IMG/VR virus record: IMGVR_UViG_2791355130_000003
Location: 6,000 to 69,999 of that record
Direction: 5' to 3' (one strand)
Origin: a virus
Taxonomy: Duplodnaviria; Caudoviricetes
Length of the DNA: 64,000 bases
Below the pieces are notes generated by a model, which was not told the DNA's origin, searched no databases, and worked only from the letters and a program-made list of their open reading frames with translations. Shown here piece by piece: positions 55,929 to 64,000 of this stretch. Positions within the stretch are counted from its first letter, which is position 1; each line of letters begins with the position of its first letter. Both the position numbers and the translations under genes were made by a program.

Positions 55929-57902
55929 ATGAATCCCTTCAGCTACGGCAATGTCCTGACCGCTGGCCAGTGGAGCTATCTGTTCTCGCAGAAGCAGGAC
56001 GCGCTCGGCTATACCCCGGTGAACCGGGGCGGCGACACGATGCAAGGGCCGCTCAACACCCAGGCTTCTACGTCCGACGGCGCTGGATTCAGCATCCCTC
56101 CTGGCGCGGCTCCGGGAGTACCCGTCGATGGCCAGATCTGGATGACCATCTTTGGGCTCTTCTTCCAGATCGGCGGGAAAACGATCGGTCCGATCGCCAA
56201 CGGCACCATCGTTGGGCCTTCGAACTCCGTGGTGGGCGATATTCCCGTTTTCTCCACGACCGGCGGCACTGCCCTTACCGACAGCGGGATCTCGCTCGCT
56301 TCGCAGCTCCCCAACCTCATCCTGGCTACTCCAGCCTTCGGAAGCGGAGTGCCCGCGTTCCGAGCGCTGATCGGGGCTGATCTACCTACGCCGCAGCCCG
56401 TGGCCCTTGGTGGCGTAAAATCTGCGGCGGCTCCACCCCATCAGTTCGGGACCGGAGTCGACACCAGCGGCAACCCGACGTTCGCTCAGCCGGCGATCGG
56501 CGACGTCTCGGGCCTTGCCGCGAACATGCTGGCCTTTCTTGCCGGCGGCACGAGCGCCCAGCTCGCCGCGGCGATGGTCGACGAGACAGGCAGCGGTCCG
56601 CTTGTCTTCGCCACGGGCCCCACCATTGCTCTCGGAACGGCCTCGACCGCCGTCACGCAGACGCCCGGCGACAACTCGACCAAGCTGGCGACGACCGCCT
56701 ATGTGCAGGCAGCGATCTTCGCCACCACGACGCTGCCGGCGACCCGGCTTGCCACGACCACCGCGCTTCCGGCGGTCACCTATGCCAACGGAGCATCCGG
56801 CGTCGGTGCCACGCTTACCGCCTCTGCTAACGGTGCTTTGACGGTAGATGGCGTGGCCGCGAACCTCAACGACGTGATCCTGGTCAAGAACCAGGCCTCG
56901 TCGTTCCAGAACGGCATCTACACGGTAACGGCCACCGGTAGCGCGGGCGCGCCTTTCGTCCTGACGCGTGCGACCTACTACAATCTCTCCGCCGACATCG
57001 ATCTTGGCGACCAGACGTTCGTAACGGGTGGAGCGACGCAGGGCGCCACGACCTGGACGCAGAATGCCAAGGAAAACCCGGTCATTGGCACCGACCCGAT
57101 CACGTTCGCCCAGACGGCGGGCGTCGGTTCCTACACTGCCGGCAATGGCCTCACCTTGGCGGGCACACAGTTCGCGATCGACACGACGATCGTCACTGAC
57201 CTGTCCTCGGCGCAGTCGCTCTCCAACAAGACGCTGGTGAGTCCGGCACTCAGCGGCGTGCCCACAGCTCCGACTGCAGCGGCAGGCACGAGCAGCGCGC
57301 AGATCGCCAGCACGGCATTTGCGGCGACCGCAGCTGCCGGCACGCTCGTCAACGTCCAGGTAAAGACTGCCTCGGGCACCTATACGCCGACCGCAGGCGC
57401 AAGCCGTGCAATCGTCTTCGTGACGGGCGGCGGCGCTGGCGGCACGACCGGCACGGGCAGCGGCAGTGAAAGCGGCGGTGGCGCTGGCGCCACGGCCATC
57501 TTCTTCATGAACGGTGTCTCGGCACAGACCGTTACAATTGGTTCGGGCGGCGCTGCCGGCGCCGCAGGTGGATCATCCGCATTCGGCACTATCACTGCGA
57601 ACGGTGGCTCTGCCGCAGCCTCTCAGAGCCTCGGTGGCCGGGGCGGCACGGCAGTCAACGGCACACTCAACCTCGGCGGCGGCGACGGTGGCTCCGGCAC
57701 CAATGCGACCGGCAACTCCCAAGGCGGCGAGGGCGGCGCCAGCTTTTGGGGCGGCGGTGGCGCGGGCGGCCAGACCGCTAACAGCCACAATGCCGGCGCG
57801 GCCGCGCAGGCATACGGCGCTGGCGGCGGCGGCGGTTCGTACAGCGCTGGCGCTGGCGGCGCTGGCGCGCCCGGCGTCGTTCTCATACTCGAGTTCAAAT
57901 AA
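55929..57902 (+). CDS. Second tail fibre/adhesin with Gly-rich C-terminus
   Basis: LGYTPVN.GGDTM.G, DNSTKLATTAYV, LVKNQ...QNGIY, SPALSGVPTAPTA. Confidence 0.82.
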   Translation: MNPFSYGNVLTAGQWSYLFSQKQDALGYTPVNRGGDTMQGPLNTQASTSDGAGFSIPPGAAPGVPVDGQIWMTIFGLFFQIGGKTIGPIANGTIVGPSNSVVGDIPVFSTTGGTALTDSGISLASQLPNLILATPAFGSGVPAFRALIGADLPTPQPVALGGVKSAAAPPHQFGTGVDTSGNPTFAQPAIGDVSGLAANMLAFLAGGTSAQLAAAMVDETGSGPLVFATGPTIALGTASTAVTQTPGDNSTKLATTAYVQAAIFATTTLPATRLATTTALPAVTYANGASGVGATLTASANGALTVDGVAANLNDVILVKNQASSFQNGIYTVTATGSAGAPFVLTRATYYNLSADIDLGDQTFVTGGATQGATTWTQNAKENPVIGTDPITFAQTAGVGSYTAGNGLTLAGTQFAIDTTIVTDLSSAQSLSNKTLVSPALSGVPTAPTAAAGTSSAQIASTAFAATAAAGTLVNVQVKTASGTYTPTAGASRAIVFVTGGGAGGTTGTGSGSESGGGAGATAIFFMNGVSAQTVTIGSGGAAGAAGGSSAFGTITANGGSAAASQSLGGRGGTAVNGTLNLGGGDGGSGTNATGNSQGGEGGASFWGGGGAGGQTANSHNAGAAAQAYGAGGGGGSYSAGAGGAGAPGVVLILEFK

Positions 57903-57914
57903 GGATCGCATTTC

Positions 57915-58307
57915 ATGCAACTGGCAGTCATCCAAGGCACCGACGTCGTCAACATCATCGAGGGCGACCCGACCTTCACGCTCGACGGCTTCACGATCGT
58001 CCCGCTCGCGGAGCCGGGCTATATCGGCGGCACCTATATCAATGGCGCGTTCAGCTCTCCCCCGACACCGCCTCCCGTTGTGCCGGAAAGCGTGTCGGCT
58101 CGGCAATTCCACCTCCAACTAAGCGTTGCCGGTTTGCGCGCCCAGGTCACCGCCTGGATCGGAACGCAGCCTGTCGAGGTGCAAGACGCCTACGAATACA
58201 GCGGCAGCTTCGTGCGCAGCGAGCCGATGATGGAAACCGGTTTCGCGGCGCTCGGCTACACCTCCGATCAGATCGACGCGTTTTTCACGGCCGCCGCCCT
58301 GCTCTGA
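57915..58307 (+). CDS. Fibre-associated / assembly protein
   Basis: VVNII, IGGTY.NG.F.SP, VPESVSARQF, QIDAFF.AA. Confidence 0.72.
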   Translation: MQLAVIQGTDVVNIIEGDPTFTLDGFTIVPLAEPGYIGGTYINGAFSSPPTPPPVVPESVSARQFHLQLSVAGLRAQVTAWIGTQPVEVQDAYEYSGSFVRSEPMMETGFAALGYTSDQIDAFFTAAALL

Positions 58308-58346
58308 CGGCCGCCCACCGACCCCCTATTCCCGAAAGGAACTGTT

Positions 58347-59117
58347 ATGCGTCTCGTCGCTGACGTGCGCCGCGTGGTGCTGTTGTCCCTGAGTTTCTGG
58401 ATGCAGGTGTTCGGCCTCGCCGTGCTCGTCCTGCCTGAACTCTGGTATCGCGTGACCGGCCAGGACTACGACCCAAACGTCGCATGGTGGCTCGGCGTGC
58501 TCCTGCTGCTCGCCGGCATTGTTGGCCGGGTCTACCAGCAGGGACTGTCGGCATGGAAGGAATGGATCCGCATCATTGCCGTGGCGGCGATCGCCTTCGC
58601 TTTGGCGCTCCTGCTCGCATGGCCCTCCGGCGCAAGCCCTTTGGGTGGCAGTCCGGCGACCGAGGCACAGACGCTCGACATCGCCGTGCCGTTCATCGCC
58701 AGGAAGGAAGGCGAAAAGCTGGTCGCCTATAGGGACTCCGTTGGGGTCCCGACCATCGGCTTTGGCCATACCGCCGGTGTGCATATGGGCATGGTGATCA
58801 CGCACCAGCAGGCGCTCGACATGCTACGCCAGGACGTCGCCTCGCACCGCACCGGGCTGCACCGATATTTCACACCGGCGACGATCGACATCCGCCTGCC
58901 TGCCACGCGTGACGCGGCCTACACCTCGTTGGCGTTCAACGTCGGTCCTGCCGGCGCGGGCAAGAGCACGGCAACGCGCCGCCTCAACGCTGGTAACGTC
59001 GTGGGCGGCTGTCAGGCGCTGACCTGGTTCGATGAGGCCGGCCACAGGGTGCTTCGCGGCCTGTGGGAACGGCGCCAGCAGGAAAAGGCGCTTTGCATGA
59101 TAGGCGCAAGCCGATGA
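58347..59117 (+). CDS. GH24 lysozyme endolysin with N-terminal multi-TM (holin-like) region
   Basis: Catalytic E-X8-D-X5-T (EGEKLVAYRDSVGVPTIGFGHT); three hydrophobic segments before residue 95. Confidence 0.88.
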   Translation: MRLVADVRRVVLLSLSFWMQVFGLAVLVLPELWYRVTGQDYDPNVAWWLGVLLLLAGIVGRVYQQGLSAWKEWIRIIAVAAIAFALALLLAWPSGASPLGGSPATEAQTLDIAVPFIARKEGEKLVAYRDSVGVPTIGFGHTAGVHMGMVITHQQALDMLRQDVASHRTGLHRYFTPATIDIRLPATRDAAYTSLAFNVGPAGAGKSTATRRLNAGNVVGGCQALTWFDEAGHRVLRGLWERRQQEKALCMIGASR

Positions 59118-59596
59118 TGCTCGCTTTCCTAGCACCGGTTCTGGCCGTCCTCGGCCCGATCCGGACCTTCTGCACCAGCCGCGTCGGCCTGCCGCTCGTC
59201 GTCGCCGGCGGCATCATTCTCTTTTACGAGGGACTGCCGCTCGGCCCGCTGCGCGACATCCCCTATGTCGGTCCGGAGCTGACCAGTCTCGTCGGGGGTC
59301 GCGTCGGTCGAGCATATGCCGACGGCCAAAAGGCCGAGGACGCGCTGTGGCAGGAAAAGATCAAGCTCGCCGCCATCGCCGAAGCGGCCGACACCAAGAC
59401 GCGGCAGCAGGACATCGACGCCGCGGCACAAGCCTACATCGACAAGCAGCATAGCGACGCCGGCCGCATTGCCGACCTGGTGCGCGCGCAGAAGGACCAA
59501 GACAATGCACCGCCCGTTTCGACGAACCCTTCTGGCTGCAAGCCTGATGGCATCTCTGCAGGGGTGTCAGAGCGCCTCGACGCCATCGGTCGATAG
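59114..59596 (+). CDS. Inner-membrane spanin (Rz-like)
   Basis: N-terminal TM, coiled periplasmic domain, after the endolysin. Confidence 0.7.
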   Translation: MMLAFLAPVLAVLGPIRTFCTSRVGLPLVVAGGIILFYEGLPLGPLRDIPYVGPELTSLVGGRVGRAYADGQKAEDALWQEKIKLAAIAEAADTKTRQQDIDAAAQAYIDKQHSDAGRIADLVRAQKDQDNAPPVSTNPSGCKPDGISAGVSERLDAIGR

Positions 59597-59789
59597 CCTG
59601 GCGCCGAAGCCTACCGCTCACATCGATCCGAGTGTGATGCAAGAATGCCGAGGTGTCGTCGATGTCCCGCACACCTTCATCCCATATGATCAGGCGATCC
59701 TCCTTTGGGCGAAGGATCGGGCATCGCTTGGCGATTGCAAACGCCTCGACCACGCCAAGGGCGACACCATCAAGGCGCTCGTGAAATGA
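59505..59789 (+). CDS. Outer-membrane spanin lipoprotein (Rz1-like)
   Basis: MHRPFRRTLLAASLMASLQGC lipobox; overlaps the i-spanin in another frame; W.KDR.SL.DC. Confidence 0.75.
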   Translation: MHRPFRRTLLAASLMASLQGCQSASTPSVDSLAPKPTAHIDPSVMQECRGVVDVPHTFIPYDQAILLWAKDRASLGDCKRLDHAKGDTIKALVK

Positions 59790-60097
59790 GCGGTGGTGCA
59801 GTGCCTCAACGTCTTCGCGAACTCGACCCGGAAACCATCCTCTGGCTTGATCGCCTCGACAGCAAGCAGCGTGAGGCCCTTATCTGGGCTGGCCGCCTCA
59901 AGCCCGAACAGCGGGATCGGCTCGATGATTTCCTCGATATGGACGAGGATCACTTCCAGGCGGGGTTCGCGGTGGTGAAGCTCTGGACGCGGCTACGCTG
60001 GCTGGGGTCCACATCGATGTGGATCATTTTGACGGTTGCGGGGTTGTTGCTGGCGTTGACCCAGATCATCGACCAGTTGAAGGGATCCAAGCTGTGA
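59786..60097 (+). CDS. Membrane protein with C-terminal TM (lysis cassette)
   Basis: ATGA coupling; WIILTVAGLLLAL. Confidence 0.65.
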   Translation: MSGGAVPQRLRELDPETILWLDRLDSKQREALIWAGRLKPEQRDRLDDFLDMDEDHFQAGFAVVKLWTRLRWLGSTSMWIILTVAGLLLALTQIIDQLKGSKL

Positions 60098-60228
60098 GGC
60101 TGCCGCGCACCGCTTCCGAAGTTCTGACCGGTCTGATTTTCCTCTTGGCCGGGGCTCTCGGGGTGTTGCTCTACCTGCAGATAGCACAGGCGCTCACCCT
60201 GTAATTCCCTTCTCATCACTTTCAGTCT

Positions 60229-60260
60229 CCCCATCGGCTTCGGCCGATGGGGTCTCTTTT
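60229..60260 (+). terminator. Rho-independent terminator of the late operon
   Basis: CCCCATCGGC-ttcg-GCCGATGGGG then TCTCTTTT. Confidence 0.85.
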
Positions 60261-60359
60261 GCATTCTCGGCCTAGCCGCGCCGGCCGGGATTCATCTGAA
60301 GGTTTTTATCAGCTATTGTGCGCAATCATGACGCGCAGTGCCGCCCAGGAGGACTTCAT

Positions 60360-61109
60360 ATGGCTGACACCACGATCGAATGGACCGACGCCACTTGGAA
60401 CCCGGTAGCCGGGTGTACGATCCTTACCGCAGGCTGCACGAATTGCTATGCCATGAGAATGGCCGCCAGGCTGGAAGCCATGGGAATGGAGAAGTACCAT
60501 GGCCTGACCCGCAAAAGTGGGGGTCGTGCGAAGTGGACCGGCAAAGTGGTAACTGACCCGAAGTCGCTCGCGATACCGGCAACCTGGTCAAAGCCGCGCC
60601 GGGTGTTTGTGAATTCTATGTCAGACCTATTCCATGTTGATGTGCCACCGGATTTCATCCGCGAAGTCTGGGCGGTGATGGAGCAAACGCCCCGGCATAC
60701 CTATCAAATCCTCACGAAGCGGCCAGAGGTGATGGCAGAAGTCCTGTCGCGAGGTGACTTTCCTGTGCTTTCAAACGTGTGGCTGGGGACCAGCGTTGAG
60801 GATGGCCGCGTGCTACATCGTCTCGACGATTTGCGACGTGTTCCTGCGGCCATCCGCTTCATCTCATTTGAGCCCTTGATCAGTTCCGTAGCTGGCGCCG
60901 ACCTTGTCGATATTCATTGGGCGATCGTCGGTGGCGAGTCGGGGCCTGGCGCCCGGGAGATGAATCCGCGGTGGGTCGACGAGATCGAGGCCATGTGCAG
61001 GCGGAGCCGAACGGCATTCTTCTTCAAGCAATGGGGCGGCCGCAACAAGAAGGCAGCTGGGCGCGTGTTGAATGGTCAAACCTATGACGAGATGCCAGCG
61101 ACAGTTTAG
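60360..61109 (+). CDS. DUF5131 / Gp37-Gp68 three-Cys-motif protein
   Basis: IEWTDATWNPVAGCTILTAGCTNCYA, FVNSMSDLFH, QILTKRP, GGESG, FFKQWGG. Confidence 0.93.
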   Translation: MADTTIEWTDATWNPVAGCTILTAGCTNCYAMRMAARLEAMGMEKYHGLTRKSGGRAKWTGKVVTDPKSLAIPATWSKPRRVFVNSMSDLFHVDVPPDFIREVWAVMEQTPRHTYQILTKRPEVMAEVLSRGDFPVLSNVWLGTSVEDGRVLHRLDDLRRVPAAIRFISFEPLISSVAGADLVDIHWAIVGGESGPGAREMNPRWVDEIEAMCRRSRTAFFFKQWGGRNKKAAGRVLNGQTYDEMPATV

Positions 61110-61927
61110 AATAGCTGCCCTTGGCCGCTATCGGTCGCCGCTTTCCAAAAGGCAAGCGCGAGTTTGTGGCGAGCGGCCAACGTCAACCAATACAGGTGCT
61201 GACCTCGGCTTCCGGTGATCAGTCGCATGTCGGTTGATGCCGCCATGCCGAGCTTGATCACCTTCGCCTTCCAGAGGTCAAAAACAGCGCGCCGGACGGT
61301 CGTAAATGGCTGATTGGTATCAACAACCAATCGCCAGCCAGGGACGAACTTGTCGAAGGCCGATTTCTGCGCTCGGACGTTGAGCCCGGTGTTGCGCTGC
61401 AGATCCATCTTGCTGATGTGCACCATCATGTCGATGCGCTTCCGCTTTGACAGTGTCTCAATCACTGAAAAATCGAACGCCCCCAGATTGTAGGGATCAA
61501 CGAATGCGAAATGCAAAGCATACTGGTCCAGTTTGGCTCGGATCGTCTTCGCGGTGTCGACTGCCTCCCCATGGAATGCCTCGACGGGCGCACCGGCCAG
61601 GGTCAGACGCTTTCTGGCGAATTCAAGCCGATCTGGGTCTGCGTCAGCAATGTAAACCGAACTAAAGGGCGTTTTTGACTGGACGCTCTCATTCCATGCT
61701 GCTACGCACCCGCCCTCTATAAATTCACCGGTGCGGCGAATTTTGGCGCGACCAGGCCCGCAAAACAGATCGATGTAGGTAGCGCCAGCATTCCCTGGAC
61801 CGATCCACTTTGCCCTTACGCCACGCGAGATCGAGACGTACTTGCAGAGTAAGGCGATCTTTTCCTTCGACCACGCGCCGACTTCTTCGACGGGTAGTCC
61901 ATCATCACCTTCCACCAACTTCCCCAA
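61106..61927 (-). CDS. tcmP: Three-Cys-motif partner protein TcmP (methyltransferase fold)
   Basis: WSKEK..L..Y, YIDLFCGPG, FAFVDPY; convergent with DUF5131, stops overlapping. Confidence 0.82.
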   Translation of the reverse strand: MGKLVEGDDGLPVEEVGAWSKEKIALLCKYVSISRGVRAKWIGPGNAGATYIDLFCGPGRAKIRRTGEFIEGGCVAAWNESVQSKTPFSSVYIADADPDRLEFARKRLTLAGAPVEAFHGEAVDTAKTIRAKLDQYALHFAFVDPYNLGAFDFSVIETLSKRKRIDMMVHISKMDLQRNTGLNVRAQKSAFDKFVPGWRLVVDTNQPFTTVRRAVFDLWKAKVIKLGMAASTDMRLITGSRGQHLYWLTLAARHKLALAFWKAATDSGQGQLF

Positions 61928-62120
61928 ATTCGGCCCTCTCGCAGCTTTGCCCCGTCAAATGTAAGCGGTTTGTGCCTCCAGTAACAAGCGGATCGACTTC
62001 GCCGCCAGACTTCGACATTACCGGGCTTTTCTGCTGCCGGCGAAACACTGCTCACGGTGGGAACGATTCGAGCGCGAGCAAATTGAATCGCCGTGTGTTT
62101 GCGTCAAGAGTTCCGCGTTT

Positions 62121-62348
62121 ATGAGCAGTCCCGTCACCAGCCAGAATTCAAAGCGCGCCGCAGTCCGCAAGGCGCTCGACCGCCACAAAGTCTACATCAC
62201 CGCGCAGCGCTTCTCAGGCGGCACCTACGAAGCTCGGGTGCTGGTCGACGGCGAGGTTTATTGGGCCGATGAATTACGGCTGAGCCAGCTGCGCGCAGGA
62301 ATATCGCCTTCGGAGCTCGAATTGGTGCCGGCGGGTGACGACGGCTGA
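62121..62348 (+). CDS. Small hypothetical protein
   Basis: 75-aa ORF; upstream GGAAC-N18-TT. Confidence 0.6.
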   Translation: MSSPVTSQNSKRAAVRKALDRHKVYITAQRFSGGTYEARVLVDGEVYWADELRLSQLRAGISPSELELVPAGDDG

Positions 62349-62374
62349 ACTTCCGGCGCGGCGCTTTGGTGTCG

Positions 62375-62947
62375 TCAGCCCCGCGCCTGTGGCCTGAGAT
62401 AGACGACGAGGCAACAGATACAAATCCCCAATCCGACCACCGGGTATTTCAGTGCTAAGATAGCAGCGAGCCCGAAAAGCAAGAGCGTGACCAGCGCACG
62501 GAGACGCATCTTCCTCCGCGCCTGTGGTGACACCTCGTTGTCTGGCATCGGGTCAATAAGTTCGCGGATCAAGAAGAGATATGTCAGGTTGACCAGAAAA
62601 AACACGGCCGCATAGAAGGCGACCGGTTGAGGTGCTAACTCGCTGACGGCCATCCAAGCGGTCGCTAAGGGGAGCAACGAAACTGAGAAAAGATGCGCGA
62701 AATTGAGCCACATTAAAGTTGCCGAGCTCTGTTTCGCGTGCCGCAGGAGGTGATGATGATTCGCCCAGACGATCGCAATGAAGAGATAACTCACACCGTA
62801 GCTAAGCCACGTCTCCCATGATGCCAGAAGGGCTTTGAAGGTCGGCGCCTCGGGCGGGCGCAAATCCAAAACCAGAACTGTGATCAATACGGCGAACACG
62901 CCATCGGAAAATGCGTTCAGCCGTTCGAGTCCCGATGAAGGTAGCAC
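62375..62947 (-). CDS. TMEM175-family potassium channel
   Basis: ERLNAFSDGVFAVLITVLVL, WANHH, N..HLF.VSLLP; GGAG SD + GTG. Confidence 0.9.
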   Translation of the reverse strand: MLPSSGLERLNAFSDGVFAVLITVLVLDLRPPEAPTFKALLASWETWLSYGVSYLFIAIVWANHHHLLRHAKQSSATLMWLNFAHLFSVSLLPLATAWMAVSELAPQPVAFYAAVFFLVNLTYLFLIRELIDPMPDNEVSPQARRKMRLRALVTLLLFGLAAILALKYPVVGLGICICCLVVYLRPQARG

Positions 62948-63190
62948 CTGCGTCTCCGTGCCGCTCGTGCACCATGCTAGCGGACTTCGGACGATTCTTG
63001 ATAGGCCCGCTGGCTCCGGCCGGCGGGTTTTTAGGCCGGCGGACAGTGCTCCTCGATCGTCGCCGTGATCAGCTGGAGCGCGGCGCGGCACTCAGGATCG
63101 TTCTGCATTACCTCTTCTCTATACAGTTTTGCTAAAATGCCCGGAACCGGAAGGCCGCTGCGCGGCTTTTATCGCCGTTGGGGTATGTGC

Positions 63191-64000
63191 ATGCGTAACG
63201 CCAGAGAGCGGCTGAAGTTCATCAAGCCGCTGGAGCCTATCCAGGTCGAAACACCGCCGGTCAGCGACGACTGGCTGCATGAGATCAAATACGATGGCTT
63301 CCGCACCCAGCTCGTCCGCGACTGGGCCGGCGTGCGCGCGTTCTCCCGCAACGGCCACGACTGGTCGAGCCGCTATTGGCCGATCGTCAACGCGGCAGAA
63401 AAGCTGCCAGCGGAGTCCTTCATCATCGACGGCGAGGTGATCGCGCCGGAGCCGGACGGGCGGCCGAACTTCCACGCCATCCATTCGCGTATGACTTGGA
63501 ACGCCGAGCTGCTCGCCTTCGTCGCCTTCGACCTACTCTATCTCAACGGCGAGCACGTTCGGGTGCTGCCGCTGATCGAACGCAAGGCGAAGCTCTGGAA
63601 CCTGATCAAGCCGGCTGAGGGCATAATCCAGTATTCGGATCATGTCGAAGGCAACGGCGCCTCCTTCTTCGAAGCCGTCGAAAAGAGGGGCCTTGAGGGC
63701 ATCGTGTCGAAGCGCCGTACGAGCTCCTATCGCAGTGGCAAGCAGGATTTCTGGGTGAAGACGAAATGCTGGGAGGTCGGCGACTTCGAACTGCTGGGCA
63801 TCAAGCGAAAGCCTGGAAAGCCCGCTGCGGCGATCGTGGCGCGCGGTGGCCGATATGCCGGCACGGCGTTCATAACGCTGCCCAGCGGCCTCAGGGAGCG
63901 GCTTTGGAAACGTGTCGAAGCGGCCAGGGTATCCAAGCCTGCGCAGCGGGTGCCGAGCGCCTTCGCGAGTGGGTTAAACCCGGCATCACGGGCAGGGTGA
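63191..64000 (+). CDS. ATP-dependent DNA ligase (LigD-type ligase domain), apparent C-terminal frameshift
   Basis: HEIKYDGFR, IDGE, AFDLL, EGIVSK, WVKTK; the OB-fold motif EWVKPG appears in another frame near 63965. Confidence 0.88.
   Translation: MRNARERLKFIKPLEPIQVETPPVSDDWLHEIKYDGFRTQLVRDWAGVRAFSRNGHDWSSRYWPIVNAAEKLPAESFIIDGEVIAPEPDGRPNFHAIHSRMTWNAELLAFVAFDLLYLNGEHVRVLPLIERKAKLWNLIKPAEGIIQYSDHVEGNGASFFEAVEKRGLEGIVSKRRTSSYRSGKQDFWVKTKCWEVGDFELLGIKRKPGKPAAAIVARGGRYAGTAFITLPSGLRERLWKRVEAARVSKPAQRVPSAFASGLNPASRAG

Larger units (their letters stand above)
1..60260. mobile_element. Prophage (temperate, contractile-tailed; DUF2184 capsid/DUF3383 sheath type); left end outside the window, right end uncertain (may extend to the ligase at 64 kb)
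   Basis: Colinear immunity, replication, terminase, portal, capsid, sheath, baseplate, fibre and lysis modules; no integrase or att site seen. Confidence 0.93.

Noticed and set aside
54395-57902. Diversity-generating retroelement or invertible tail-fibre switch
   Set aside because: No reverse transcriptase, invertase, or near-identical TR/VR nucleotide repeat; similarity between fibre tips is only at protein level.
1-64000. tRNA/rRNA genes, IS elements, attL/attR
   Set aside because: No cloverleaf, rRNA-like segment, transposase or flanking direct repeat could be recognised by eye.

Overview
The window is almost entirely one temperate myovirus-type prophage in a GC-rich alphaproteobacterial (Rhizobiales-like) genome. 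Left to right: a leftward early/recombination operon (1-5.6 kb: RHH, DUF5131, HNH-like, RecT-like); a CI/Cro immunity switch (5.9-6.9 kb); a rightward replication operon with 30-bp iterons and DNA-modification genes (7-13.4 kb); an ~11-kb leftward accessory cluster resembling plasmid leading-region/anti-defence genes (13.4-24.4 kb: ParB, DUF488, DUF4942-MTase, KlcB-like, Dam); an MTase/GNAT-ParB-terminase module; head, contractile tail, baseplate, fibre and lysis genes (27.5-60.2 kb) with morons (HigBA, HWE kinase and receivers, GlsB, several behind EcfG-type promoters); and finally a DUF5131/TcmP pair, a TMEM175 channel and an ATP-dependent ligase. No integrase or att site is visible (probably left of the window). 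The most striking unexplained signal: 11 copies of a leader motif CCCTACC(A/G)C(G/A)G, 10 of them just upstream of start codons in the accessory cluster. The only opposite-orientation copy found in that region is a 12-nt seed between two hairpins in the 3' UTR/terminator of the same cluster. This suggests a 3'-UTR-derived antisense sRNA controlling translation of a whole regulon, layered on about 13 repressor-type operators. Family names come from motif recognition by eye, not from database searches.
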